From NCBI GenBank assembly GCA_036785375.1, contig JAWMAR010000182.1, positions 1,364,001 to 1,428,000 on the forward strand: 64,000 bases of DNA. The letters are read 5' to 3'. Under the pieces are notes generated by a model. It ran no database searches, was not told the DNA's origin, and saw nothing but the letters and a program-made list of their open reading frames with translations. The stretch comes from Leucoraja ocellata. Its lineage: Eukaryota. Shown here one piece after another: positions 1-12,636 of the stretch. Position 1 is the first letter of the stretch; each line of letters starts with the position of its first letter. The position numbers were made by a program, and so were the translations under genes.

Positions 1-95
1 GCTGTATCTCTGAACTAAACTAAACAATTATATCAGGCTGTTGCATAACTAGATTGTAGGACACAAAATGCTGGAAGAACTCAGCGGGTTCCCTT

Positions 96-1145
96 TGACC
101 CATGGAAGGAAGCAGGGGGTGATGGTGGAAGGTTGCTTCTCAGATTGGAGGTCTGTGACTAGTGGAGTGCCTCAGGGTTCGGTGCTGGGCCCGTTACTGT
201 TTGTCATCTACATCAATGATTTGGATGAGAAAATACAGGGCAAGATTAGCAAGTATGCTGATGATATAGAACTTAATGGTTTTGCCGATAGTGAAGACGG
301 TTGTGCAAGATTGCTGCAGGATCTGGATCGATTGGCCAGGTGGGTGGAGGAATGGTTGACGGAATTTAATATAGAAAGGTGTGAGGTGTTGCATTTTGGA
401 ATGTCAAACAAGGGCAGTAAATGGTAGGCCTCTGGGTAGTGTTGTAGAGCAGAGGGATCTAGGAGTACAGGTGCATGGTTCCTTGAAGGTCGAGTCACAG
501 GTAGATAAGGTGGTCAAAAAGGCACTTTGGCCTTCATCTGTCGGAGTATTGAGTATGGATGTTGCGAGGTCATGTTGCAGTTGTATAAGACGTTGGTGAA
601 ACCGCATTTAGAATATTGTGTTCAGTTCTGGGCACCATGTTATAGGAAAGATATTGGCAAGATTTAAAGGGTTCAGAAAAAGATTTACGAGGTTGTTGCC
701 AGGACTAGAGGGTGTGAGCTATACAGAGAGGTTGAGTAGGCTGGGTCTCCATTCCATGGAGTGCAGGCGGAAGAGGGGAGATCTTATAGAGGTGTACACA
801 ATCAAGAGAGGAATAGATCGGGTAGATGGACAGTCTTTTGAACAGAGTAGGGGAATCGAGGACCAGAGGATATAGGTTCAAGGTGAAGGAGAAAAGATTT
901 AATATGAATCCGACGGGTAACATTTTCACACAAAGGGTGGTGGCTGTATGGAACAAGCAGCCAGAGGAGGCTGGGACTATCCCATCATTGATGAAACAAT
1001 TAGACAGGTACGTGGATAGGACAGATTAGGAGGGATATGGACCAAGCACAGGCAAGTGGCACTAGTGTAGTTGGGACATCGTTGGCCGGTGTAGGTGAGT
1101 TGGGCGGAAGGGCCTGTTTCACACTGTATCACTATGACTCTATGA
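96..1145 (+). mobile_element. CR1 LINE, 5'-truncated and degenerate
   Basis: GVPQGSVLGPLLFVIYINDLD...KYADD RT motifs, RRLRGDLIE-like C-terminus broken by frameshifts, CR1 3'UTR with short repeat tail. Confidence 0.93.
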
Positions 1146-2611
1146 CCCGAAATATTACTCATTCCTTCTCTCCAGTGACGCTGACTGTCCTGCTGAGTTC
1201 CACCAGCATTTTGTGTCTATCTTCGGTTTAAACCAGCATCCTATAGATAGATTGTAGGACATCTCTGCCATCCTAGACCAATGTCTTGAATCTCATAAGG
1301 ACTTTGGAAGGTGGAGATACATGTGGGCATCCATTTCCACCCACTGATGCAATTTTCTCGATGGTTCCAAGGGTGCAATGCTCCTGCTAGTCTTTCCACC
1401 ACCTTGCGGGTGGATCGCTGCTCGGCACGGATTCAGTGGACCGAAGGGCTTGTTTTCACGCTGTCTCTAAACTAAACTTGTGCATGCCCTATCTCCGAGC
1501 ATTTGCTATTCCGCATATAATCGGCAACAAGGTAATGACTAAAATTCACGCTTCAAAGAATGACTTTGTAATATTCTTCATTCAGTCACAAAGTTTTTCA
1601 ATAAGCAGTGTCTGGGATGTGTTGTGCATTTTGTAACACATGTCAGTGAGAGCGTGATGTCATTCTAATGTCACTTCCTTATTCCACAACCGCTCTTTAC
1701 GCCCATGTGCATAAGTCAACTATTTTATTTATTATAAATGATATCTCAATGAAAACGGAAATCACTTGAATGATGGGAATTAAGTTGCAAATGTCACCTA
1801 TCGGCTGCCTACATTGTCTATTGGCTGCATTAAATCTTGGCAATCTCTGTCAAACCTCTGCAGGTTATTCACACAATTGCAATTCTGTCTTCGATCATCA
1901 TCACTAGCGAGCAGTAAAAGTATGAGCCTGGAAATTACTTTCTGTGATATTATTGCACAAGTGTTCATCTGGCTGGCATAGTGTTCTTCCATCTGCTTTT
2001 TGGCCTGGGAAGCAGAAAAACTGTTTTCCAACTTTGAGACTTGCACAAAAGAATTTGTGTAATGTTATTCCATTTCTTTACTGCCGGGCTGCGGTGTGCA
2101 TAATGTTTGGCATTTAATCGAGTGCAAAGAGCGTGTTATACTCTAACTGAAAGCAGTCATCTTCTGCAGAATATAGTTATAATATTTCCCTCCGTAATTC
2201 TCAAATCAAAGACTTGTACTTAAGAGGTTAAATGTTAAAGCCTCTAATCTAATTTGAATTTCAAAGTCTCATGTGTGAGGTATATTGTCAGCGTTGCTGC
2301 AAGAAACTACTCTGACAGTTTCTGTTTTTACTGGAAACGTTCGCTCTGAAAACTCACTCAGCTAGGTTTCTGAAAGCTTTCTGTCTGAGATCAAAGCAAC
2401 ATTTGCTGGTGAAGATCCGTGAGAGAGTGGGAGCATTTGAGACAGTACTGCAAAGGAAGATGATCGTGTATCAAAGGCACAGACAGAGAGCATCTGCAGG
2501 ATTTTAACCATCACCTACTGTCTTGCACTTTGCCAACCAGCATTGCTTGTTTACTGGATGGCTGAGAACATCGTCACGACACACAATGTCAATTTCCCAT
2601 GTGCAGAGTTA

Positions 2612-2847
2612 TGCCCCTGTCTCACTTAGGAGACCTGAACGGAAACCTCTGGAGACTTTGGGCCCCACCCAAAGTTTCCGTGTGGTTCCCGGAGGTTCCC
2701 GGAGGTTTTTGTCAGTCTCCCTACCTGCTTTCACTACCTGCAACCTGCGGCAACCACCTGCAACCTCCTGGAACTGCACGGAAACCTTGGGTGGGGCCCA
2801 AAGTCTCCAGAGGTTTCCGTTCAGGTCTCCTAAGTGGGACAGGGGCA
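2612..2847. mobile_element. PIF/Harbinger-type MITE (236 bp)
   Basis: About 86-bp near-perfect TIRs starting TGCCCCTGTC(T/C)CACTTAGG; TTA target duplication at 2609-2611 and 2848-2850. Confidence 0.9.
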
Positions 2848-2988
2848 TTAACCATTACGCTGCATGGTGTTCAACATGCAGAACTGTACGCAGGTGAAAC
2901 TTGGGAATGTTCTGCATACCAGCATTGTCAAATAAACAATGTAATTATTTGCACTTGAATCTGCTTTGCATAATATTCACCCACCAAT

Positions 2989-3305
2989 GTTTAGTTTAGT
3001 TTAGAGATGCAGCGTGAAACAGCCCCCTCAGCCCACCAAGTCCACACTGACCAACGATCCCCGCACATTAACACTTCCCTACTCACCCTATGGACAATTT
3101 ACACGTAAACTAAGCCAATTTACCTACAAACATGTACATCTTTGGAGTGTGGGAAGAAACCGAAGATCTCGGAGAAAACCCATGCGGTCACGGGGAGAAT
3201 GTACAAACTCCGTACCGACAAGCACTCGTAGTCGGGATCAAACCCGGGTCTCTGACGCCGCAAGCGCTGTAAGGCAACATCTCTACTGCTGCGCCACCGT
3301 GCCGT
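2989..3305 (-). mobile_element. tRNA-derived V-SINE (HE1-like), near full length
   Basis: Head GGCACGGTGGCGCAGC (A box) and GGGTTTGATCCC (B box), V-domain GGAGTTTGTACATTCTCCCCGTGACC, CR1-like 3' end, (TAAAC)n tail. Confidence 0.9.
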
Positions 3306-4592
3306 CTAAAGTACTACAATGGTTACTGCACCTTGTGAATAGTCACTCCTGTTTAGACATGAGGGAAACATAATTTAAAAGACCTATCAAAATACACACA
3401 GGTTAGGTTGAACCGTATGAGAGATTTATGACGCAGCAGAGATTCAGAATAAGCACCCACTTAACAAAATTCTGTTGCAACTAAAATGCTGTAATGAATA
3501 ACATTCCAAAACATGCACACACAATGGCAGGAGAATCATTTCCTTGTGTTCAGTATTTACGGGAAGCCTGTGATTTGTGGGATTTCACTATTACCATGGA
3601 AACTTATTACACAGTTGTACACTTGGTCAAGATGAAGTATGGTCGCAAGAGAGAGTATTTCTCCATTTTGTTTTCATTTACTTAAATGCATTAAAATCTG
3701 ATTAGCCAATCTCAGTGTACAGTCTTCTGAAGTAAAGAGGAAAAGGGCTGGAACAAACACATAGCCAATAATAACTCCAACCACAATTATTTTTCCACCT
3801 GTTTTCATTCAAAGTGCCTAGTAAAATTCAGACACCTGTTTTGACCATTTACCAGAGCGTAATTAAGAGACTGCAGGGGTAATTTAGATATTGGACAAGA
3901 AAATAAAAAGCCGCTTTTCATTTAACCCATTGAATGCAAACAAAAACAAAATCCATAGAGATACATAATGCACGTTGCATCTGTTTTACACAGCAGCTCC
4001 AAATCAACATTTCCCCCACTGGCCTTCAGATCGCAAAATTGTTTGGATGATGTGGACCTCGTCTTCACATGATATACTTTGCAGTTTTGTTCAATAACTA
4101 ATGAATACAATTTTGATTTAATAATTGTGTGGTTTTGTTGGGGGAACAGGGTATCTCGGAGCTTTCACGCTTCAATGAGAGTTGCAGAAGTACAGTCAAA
4201 AGAATGGCTGGACACACTCATTGAGAACAGCTGCAAGGGTGATACGCGGTGTAGCACCAGTTCAAACAAAGTAATTGCTTTGGAAACAGCAAATACGAAA
4301 CCATATGAATTTTAAATAAAATGCAGGAACCTTTATTTAATGAGCTTGTAACAGTTGGAGACAATTTCACTTGTTACATTATTAAATCCCCAAATACTTT
4401 AATCACACACACTTGATTAGATAGATTTGCTACATTTTACAAATCAACTAATTTCCTACACTGTTTAAATGCTTACACAATAAAGCTATTGTGGAAACTG
4501 ATTTTCTTGGAGTTTTCCTTTATATTTGATGTATTTATTTATATTTATATTTCAGTCATATTAGCTCATGCATCAAGTAACTATTTCCTTGT

Positions 4593-4805
4593 TCAGTTTA
4601 GAGAAACAGCATGGAAAGAGGCCCTTTGCCCCCACTAAATCCATACTGACCATAGGTCACGTGTTCACACTAGTTCAATGTTATCCCACTTTTGCACCCA
4701 GTCCACGCACATGTGGCAATTTGACAAATGCCAATTAAACTATAGACCCACATGACTTTGGCAAGTGGGACAAAACTGGAGCAACCAGAGGAAAACGATA
4801 CAGTC
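4593..4805 (-). mobile_element. V-SINE 3' part, degenerate
   Basis: Similar to 2989-3190. Confidence 0.7.
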
Positions 4806-5060
4806 ATTCAATTCAATTCAATTCAATTCAATTCAACTTTAATGTCATCGCACAAATACAAGTATGAGTACAACGAAATGCAGTTTTGCGTCAGTCCGTA
4901 GTAGTTGTGCATAAATAAATTTAAAAAAAATAGAAAGAGAGAAGATACAGAATAATCAAAAAATACAGAATAATTAAACAATGGGGACGGAGGGACCGGA
5001 GAAATCTATCGGCGGGACTCCGAGTTCAGCAATGTGATTGTATTGTTGTAGAGAGAGCTC
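4805..5060 (-). mobile_element. Non-LTR retrotransposon 3' end with (TGAAT)n tail
   Basis: (ATTCA)n at 4806-4835 followed by CTTTAATGTCA, typical of a Rex/Babar- or L2-type 3' terminus. Confidence 0.5.
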
Positions 5061-6094
5061 TTGATCTGTGGATAAAGCTCGTGAGCACTTTCTTCTCCAA
5101 CTATATTGAATTTCTGACTTCACAAAATTCCAGCAACTATTTGGTTTAGTGGATAGACTTTTCATTTATTAAGTTCTATTATCTTTTGTTGTGCCCCATT
5201 TCATGCAATTTGCTTTCACTATTTCCTATATTACAAGAAGAATTACACTGAGAAGTTAAATGCATTTAGGAAGTATTTAATTGGATGTCACGCATGTTGG
5301 AATACCTTGAGATTAGGAAAAGTGTTGTAGAAATGCAAGTTCCTCTTATTAAGATTAAAACAAGTGTATCACATTTAAGCTTTAGTGTTAACTATACAAA
5401 AACATTAATTGCATAGAACATGCTGTTGCATACAATGGTTGGCATAAAATGTTTCAATAATAGTAAAATACGCAATGAAAAGTGCAAGGAGCCAAAGATA
5501 GCAAGAATACTTTGAAACAAAGTGTGTTTTATGCAGCTACTGCACGTTTTACATTCTGGCAAGGTCAGGTGGACTGGGAATGAAGAAGTCAATCACAAAG
5601 TAAACACATTTGCTTGATTTTGTGAGGCAATGTTGGCAGATCTGCCCTGAACTGAATCTGGTAATTTCACCTCATAATTGCCTCCAAGGTCTGGACTCGC
5701 CAGGTCAGAAACAATTATGAAACAGACTCAACTCCATGCCAGTTTCATGTGCATGCATACAAAATGCAGCAGTTGTAAACTTGCTGCCAGCTCTTCTCAA
5801 CCATTTGCCCAACTTGGATGCTCTCCAGAGTCTGAAGGCAGAACACTTTCATGAAGTCCCCCCAGAATATATGCTGAGGAAGACATGAGTGCCAGAGAGA
5901 AATTGTGGCAAGATAAGTATTATGATATTTATTTAAGTTTATAAATCTCAGTAGCACATTTTAAGAGTTTTTGTTCATATTTCTTCTTTAGAACTTTTTA
6001 AGTTTTAATTTTTCTCTAACTGAGTTTTAATCACGTTAAAGCATTTTTGAATGTTCCTGTATATTAGGGTCATTTGTGACATACAAATGTATGC

Positions 6095-6610
6095 AGCAGT
6101 GAGTATAGAGGTGGGAGGTCACGTACAAGACATTGGTGAGGCCATATTTAGAGCATTGTGTTCAGTTTTGGTCACAAGGATATGGGAAAGATGTTGTCAA
6201 GCTTGAAAGGGTTCAGAGAGGATTTACCAGGATGTTGCCAGGACTCGAGGGACTGAACTATAGGGAGAGACTGAGCAGGCTAGGGCTTTATTCTTTCGAG
6301 CACAGAAGGATGAGGGGTGATCTTGTAGAGGTGTACAAAATCTTGGGAGGAATAGTTCAGTTAAATGCACAGAGCACAAAGTTGGGGAATCAAGAACCAG
6401 AAGACATTGGTTTAAGGTGAAGGGGAAAAGATTTAATAAGAATATGAGGGGTAACTTTTTTACACAAAGGGTGGTGGGTGTATAGTTGGGAGATAGTTGA
6501 GGCAGGTACTATTGCAAAGTTTAAGAAACACTTAGGTACATGGATAGGATATGTTTAGTGTGATATGGGCCAAAACCAGGCAGATGGGACTAGTGTAGAT
6601 GGGGCAAGTG
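6095..6610 (+). mobile_element. CR1 LINE 3' fragment
   Basis: ORF 6133..6420 LVRPYLEHCVQFWS...RRMRGDLVEVYKI. Confidence 0.92.
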
Positions 6611-7014
6611 TGGCAATTACTCAGAATCTAAATATTTTTATAAACTAAGTCAGAGGCATAGCTGATACAGGTTTTCCCAACTGTCTCATCAATGGATGAT
6701 TAAAGCATCTGCCTGTACCTTGCACTCCACTCCCTAAATAACAGTGTTTTGTGCATATAGTATGATTCTCACACAGCTATATTGCAATGCAGCAATTCTG
6801 AGACAAGAAATTCATTTCAAGTTAGGAAAAAGTAAATAGTTGTCCCTAACATTTAAAACATCTCAAATAAATGTGTAAAATTGATTAATTCATAATTTTT
6901 AAAAAAAACAGGGGTTGACAGGGCATATAAAGTCATAGAATGAACAAGTCTAGCAATCATATCGAACGCAACACAATATTTCCATTCATTAGCACAGCTC
7001 ATTGTAAACAAATA

Positions 7015-7880
7015 GAAGCAAGTAACTGCGGATGTTGGCTTACAAAAATAAAAGACACAAACTGCTGAGGTACCGTAACTCAACAGGTCAGGCAGAATCT
7101 CTGAACAACATGGATAGGTGACATTTCTGGTTGGGACTGAAGTGTCTGACGAAGGTTCCTAACCTGAAAGGTCTCATAGAAACTTAGAAGCATAGAAAAT
7201 AGGTGCAGTAGGCCATTCGGTCCTTCGAGCCTGCACCGCTATTCAATATGATCATGGCTGATCATCCAACTCAGTATCCCGTACCTGCCTTCTCTCCATA
7301 CCCCCTGATCCCTTTAGCCACATCTAACTCCCTCTTAAATATAGCCAATGAACTGGCCTCAACTACCATCTGTGGCAGAGAGTTCCAGAGATTCACCACT
7401 CTCTGTGTGAAAAAGGTTTTTCTCATCTCGGTCCTAAGGGATGTCCCCTCTATCCTTAAGCTGTGGCCCCTTGTCCTGGACTTCCCCAACATCGGGAACA
7501 ATCTTCCTGCATCTAGCCTGTCCAACCCCTTAAGAATTTTGTACGTTTCTATAAGATCCCCCCTCAATCTCCTAATTTCTAGCGAGTACAAGCCGAGTCT
7601 ATCCAATCTTTCTTCATATGAAAGACATCCCAGGAATCAGTCTGGTGAACCTTCTCTGCACTCCCTCTATTGCAATAATGTCCTTCCTCAGATTTGGAGA
7701 CCAAAACTGTACGCAATACTCCAGGTGTGGTCTCACCAAGACCCTGTACAACTGCAGTAGAACCTCCCTGCTCCTATACTCAAATCCTTTTGCTATGAAG
7801 GTCTCCTACCCACGTTCTCCAGAGATGCACCCTGACTCGCCAAATTACTCCAGCATTTTGTGTCTTCTCACTGTAAACAA
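7015..7880. mobile_element. Penelope-like pLTR inverted pair, split by a CR1 insertion
   Basis: Minus copy 7015-7140; plus copy 7141-7175 resumes at 7798-7880. Confidence 0.75.
7176..7797 (-). mobile_element. CR1 LINE 3' fragment with 8-bp TSD AAGGTCTC
   Basis: ORF 7271..7606 RLGLYSLEIRRLRGDLIETYKILKG; TSD at 7168-7175 and 7798-7805. Confidence 0.93.
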
Positions 7881-8787
7881 GGTCTGTTTTAAAATTCAAG
7901 ATTACTGCAAGCATGAAATGGTAAAACTTATCAATTTAGATCTAATTAATACCACTATGTGTGTATAATGGATTAGCAGGTATACATAAAATTATCCATC
8001 GATGGTCAATATTCAGTAATATCCTATTCATCCAACTCAGTATCCCGTACCTGCCTTCTCTCCATACCCCCTGATCCCTTTAGCCACATCTAACTCCCTC
8101 TTTGTATCTGAAACACTATTTGGTTTCTGTTCTCTAAAATTATGAAACAGGAAGGGTCACAGTTGTAAATTGTAGATTTTTAATCAGTCCTTAAATCAAA
8201 CTAGTCCTACAAAGAATGAAATATGGAAGGTATTCTTTGTATGTACATGCCGCCCAAAGTGCCAATGTTAAACGCCTCCACATACAGTATCTCTGTTACC
8301 TGGATTACTCTTCAGATCATAAGGGCATTTTGAAAAAAGCATATCTTATTAGAATCAATTGTACATTAGGAGTTGCAACTCCATTGGGTCATTTGTTTCT
8401 TTCACTTCTAGGGTGCTTTGCTAACTGCACAGCTTTGGCTAATCACTTTTTATCTACTGACATTCAATATCTCATCAACTTTGGAGTTATAGATTTCTTT
8501 CCGTTCACCAAAGTGGCCCCATTTGGAATGTAATAAAATATTTAGTTGGGCCAACAAAAAAAGACATTGTCGTTTAATTGGCCAAATACATAATAGCCCA
8601 GATATAATCTATGTTAGTATTAACAGCCTTTCCAAGATTCTTGAAGATATAATTCTACTGTCATTAAAATTCCTTTTAAATTCTTTTGTTCTTTTTGCGG
8701 GTTCTGTTGGCTAATGTCATGAAAAACAATATACCCAAATAGGGTAATAAATCCAGTTCCTTTTAATAAGTTAAAGTAGGTCGCCAA

Positions 8788-8950
8788 AGTCATAGAATTG
8801 CAGGGGTGTACTGAACAGAAGCAGGCCCTTTGCCCCAACTCCTCCATCTCAACCATAATGCTTATCCATGCTAATCCCATTTGCCTGCATTAGTCCCATA
8901 TCCCACCACTTCTTTCCCATCCAAGTACCTGTCAAAATGGCTTTTAACGG
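8788..8950 (-). mobile_element. CR1 3' terminus
   Basis: FDRYLDGKEVVGYGTNAGKWD plus CR1 3'UTR. Confidence 0.8.
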
Positions 8951-9304
8951 CTTTAAAATGGCTCAGTTTGACTTGGAACTCTGCCTGTCTTGGAAAAAAT
9001 ACCTTGTTTCTACTTCTCATCTCCCCTGTTGGTCCTGGATCAGGCCAGGAATTTAGCCTGAGGACAGATTGTGAAAAACACTTATTACTATATTGCACCA
9101 TAGCAATAAGGCAGCTAAGAGGGACATTTATTTTTCACTTGGGAATTTTAGAGTGTGATTATTGTTGGTCTCAGATTCTGATATTGTGATTTTTATTTTA
9201 AGAAACACTTCACTCCTCGTGTTTATGGTATTGGAAGAGCAGAGCGATGTAACAGATAGTGTTGCAGTTTCAACAACCCTACTTCAAACCTTACCTTCAG
9301 TTTG

Positions 9305-9418
9305 GTAAAGATAGACACAAAGATAGACATAAAATACTGGAGTAACTCAGCGGGACAAGATAGCATCTCTGGATAGAAGTAATTGGTGACGTTTCTGGTC
9401 GAGACCCTTCTTCAGACC
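9305..9418 (-). mobile_element. Penelope-like pLTR fragment with hammerhead core
   Basis: gtgacgtttctggtcgagacccttcttcag. Confidence 0.8.
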
Positions 9419-9775
9419 TTCAGTGTTGTTTCTCTAGAACACACACATTCTGCTTGTGATCATGAGGACTTATTCCAGGTAATCCCATTTCCTCCTACAT
9501 CAGAAAGATAGGCTAGTTGGCAAATTAATTGGCTGCTGTAAACTACCCCCATGTAGTTGGGTGGCAGGAGAGAATGTTGTTAGGCTGATGAATGAGAGGG
9601 GATTGCAAAGAATCTTCTCACAGGGGTGGTGGGAAGATTACTCTGGTATCTGGCATTGACATTTGGTTCCTTCCATGCCTGCTTGGAAGAATTCATGAAT
9701 AAAATATGAACTAAATCTTAAAAAGCATCTAACAACACCTAACTAGCAAAAGAAGGGAACTTGCAAATGATCTCA

Positions 9776-10405
9776 GGTAGACAAAAAAGCTGGAGAAACT
9801 CAGCGGGTGAGGCAGCGTCTATGGAGCGAAGGAAATAGGCGACGTTTCGGGTCGAAACCCTTCTATTGCCTTTTTTGTTATTCCTTGTAATAGTGAACAT
9901 ACTATGGACATATTGTGTAGGAAGGAACTGCAGATGCTGGCTTATACCGAAGATAGACACAAAATGCTGGAGGAACTCAGCGGGTCAGGCAGCATCTCTG
10001 GAGAAAAGGAACAGGTAATGTTTCAGGTAAGAATCCTACTTCAGTCTGAAAGATAGGGAAGGTCAGAACAAAACGGAGCCGGGAACAGATGAGATCAAGA
10101 AGAGCGGAGTCCATAATGGCGCAATGTTGGCTGGGCAAGATGTGCCAATGACAGGGGTGCAAGGATTAGAACCATGGAACAAGTAGGACGACTAGAATAG
10201 GGGAGGGACCAGTGGGGAAAGTAATGCAGAGGATTCTTGAAATTAGAGAAATCAATATCATACCGCTGGGTTAAAAGCTTCCCAAGCGAAATATGAGGTG
10301 CTGTTCCTCCAATTTGTATGTGGCCTCACTCTGACATTGGAGGAGGGTCAGGACAGGAAGGTCAGTGTGGGAATGGGAAGGGGAGTTAAAATGTTTGTCA
10401 ACCAG
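9776..10405 (-). mobile_element. Penelope-like element 3' end: GIY-YIG endonuclease C-terminus plus tandem pLTR copies
   Basis: Minus strand 10400-10240 encodes KHFNSPSHSHTDL..L.LLQCQSEATYKLEEQHLIFRLGS..PSGM.IDFSNFK, followed by pLTRs at 9914-10050 and 9776-9862. Confidence 0.85.
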
Positions 10406-10484
10406 GAGACACTGCTTGGTGACATACTTCTTGTCAAAGTATTTCTGATTTATTTATCGTCTTGATTCCTTTGGTTATTTTATA

Positions 10485-11954
10485 ATATAACCATGTAACC
10501 ATATAACAATTACAGCACGGAAACAGGCCATCTCGGCCCTACAAGTCCGTGCCGAACAAATTTTTTTCCCCTTAGTCCCACCTGTCTGCACTCATACCAT
10601 AACCCTCCATTGCCTTCTCATCCATATGCCTATCCAATTTATTTTTAAATGATACCAATGAACCTGCCTCCACCACTTCCACTGGAAGCTCATTCCACAC
10701 CGCTACCACTCTCTGAGTAAAGATGTTCCCCCTCATATTACCCCTAAACTTCTGTCCCTTAATTCTGAAGTCATGTCCTCTTGTTTGAATCTTCCCTATT
10801 CTCAAAGGGAAAAGCTTGTCCACATCAACGCTGTCTATCCCTCTCATCATTTTAAAGACCTCTATCAAGTCCCCCCTTAACCTTCTGCGCTCCAGAGAAT
10901 AAAGACCTAACTTATTCAACCTATCTCTGTAACTTAGTTGTTGAAACTCAGGCAACATTCTAGTAAATCTCCTCTGTACTCTCTCTATTTTGTTGACATC
11001 CTTCCTATAATTGGGCGAACAAAATTGTACACCATACTCCAGATTTGGTCTCACCAATGCCTTGTACAATTTTAACATTACATCCCAGCTTCTATACTCA
11101 ATGTTCTGGTTTATAAAGGCTAGTATACCAAAAGCTTTCTTTACCACCCTATCTATATGAGATTCCACCTTCAAGGAACTATGCACGGTTATACCCAGAT
11201 CCCTCTGTTCAACTGTATTCTTCAATACCCTAACATTTACCATGTACGTCCTATTTTGATTTGGCCTGCCAAGGTGTAGCACCTCACATTTATCAGCATT
11301 AAACTCCATCTGCCATCTTTCAGCCCATTTTTCCAAATGGCCTAAATCACTCTGTAGACTTTGGAAATCCTCTTCATTATCCACAACACCCCCTATGTTA
11401 GTATCATCTGCATACTTACTAATCCAATTTACCACACCTTCATCCAGATCATTGATGTACATGACAAACAACAAAGGACCCAACACAGATCCCTGAGGCA
11501 CCCCACTAGTCACCTGCCTCCAACCCGATAAACAGCCATCCACCATTACCCTCTGGCTTCTCCCATTCAGCCACTGTTGAATCCATCTTGCTATTCCTGC
11601 ATTTATACCCAACAGTTGAACCTTCTTAACCAACCTTCCATGAGGAACCTTGTCAAAGGCCTTACTAAAGTCCATATAGACAACATCCACTGCTTTACCC
11701 TCGTCAATTTCCCTAGTAACCTCTTCAAAAAATTCAAAAAGATTAGTCAAACATGACCTTCCAGGCACAAATCCATGTTGACTGTTCCTAATCAGACCCT
11801 GTTTATCTAGATGCTTATATATATTATCTCTAAGTATCTTTTCCATTAATTTGCCCACCACTGAAGTCAAACCAACAGGTCTATAATTGCTAGGTTTACT
11901 CTTAGAACCCTTTTTAAACAATGGAACAACATGCGCAGTACGCCAATCCTCGGG
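10485..11954 (-). mobile_element. Young 5'-truncated CR1 LINE with uninterrupted ORF2 reverse-transcriptase frame
   Basis: ORF 10572..11966 (464 aa): YRPVGLTS, SQHGF, YMDFSKAFDKV, GVPQGSVLGP, YADD; (TTATATGG)n tail at 10485-10508. Confidence 0.97.
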
Positions 11955-12459
11955 GATTGCCATCACAATGTTCAGATATGATGCTTAATTTGGTGGTGGT
12001 GTGAATTAAACAAATTATTTTATCCTGAGCTTGCTTCAGTTGCAGGTTGTTTATCTGCAGTGAATGAGAGAGACAATCTGTAACAAATTGCCCCAAAATT
12101 CCCACGCAGTTTAAAATACGACGTCACTATGTGTAAAATACACCATGTTTTGGAGCTATCTCTGGACTGGCTTTGCAGATTCTTCTTTGAATTAGCTACT
12201 CGGAAAGACTAATAAACAAGCTCAGGAATTTATAATCCAAAAATCACTGACATGGATAATGGTAAATAAAAAAGAAAATGCAGAAAACACACAGCAGTTC
12301 AAACAACTTTTGGGGAGAAAGAATTGTCTTTTCAGGCCAATACCTTTTTATGGTAGGTCTTAAATCTGATATGCTGACTCAACTCCACAGATGCTGTCTC
12401 ATTTGCTGAGTGTTTGCAGCACTTAGTGAGTGATCTCAAGGAACCCCGTCTTGTCTACA

Positions 12460-12595
12460 AGAGACACAAAATGCTGGAGAAACAGCAGGACAGCAGCATC
12501 TCTGGAAATTAGGAATGGAGAGATGCTGCCTGTCCCACTGAGTTACGCCAGCATTTTGTGCCTATCTTTGGTGTAAGCCAGCATCTACAGTTCTT
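12460..12595. mobile_element. Penelope-like pLTR inverted pair (short)
   Basis: gacacaaaatgctggag...gcagcatctct / agagatgctgcc...ccagcattttgtg. Confidence 0.75.
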
Positions 12596-12636
12596 ACGCA
12601 TCTCAGCTAATACTTAGTGTCTTCACATTTTCAGAT

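Noticed and set aside
2850-2915. WCSTCR / LYAGET traces resembling a GIY-YIG N-terminal motif
   Set aside because: Too short and frameshifted to call; at most a decayed Penelope remnant
2523-2958. ORFs with near-identical peptides on both strands
   Set aside because: A consequence of the MITE's long inverted repeats
10572-11966. 464-aa reverse transcriptase as a host gene or retron-like system
   Set aside because: Typical CR1 ORF2 C-terminal part with CR1 3'UTR and tail; the start codon comes from flanking DNA
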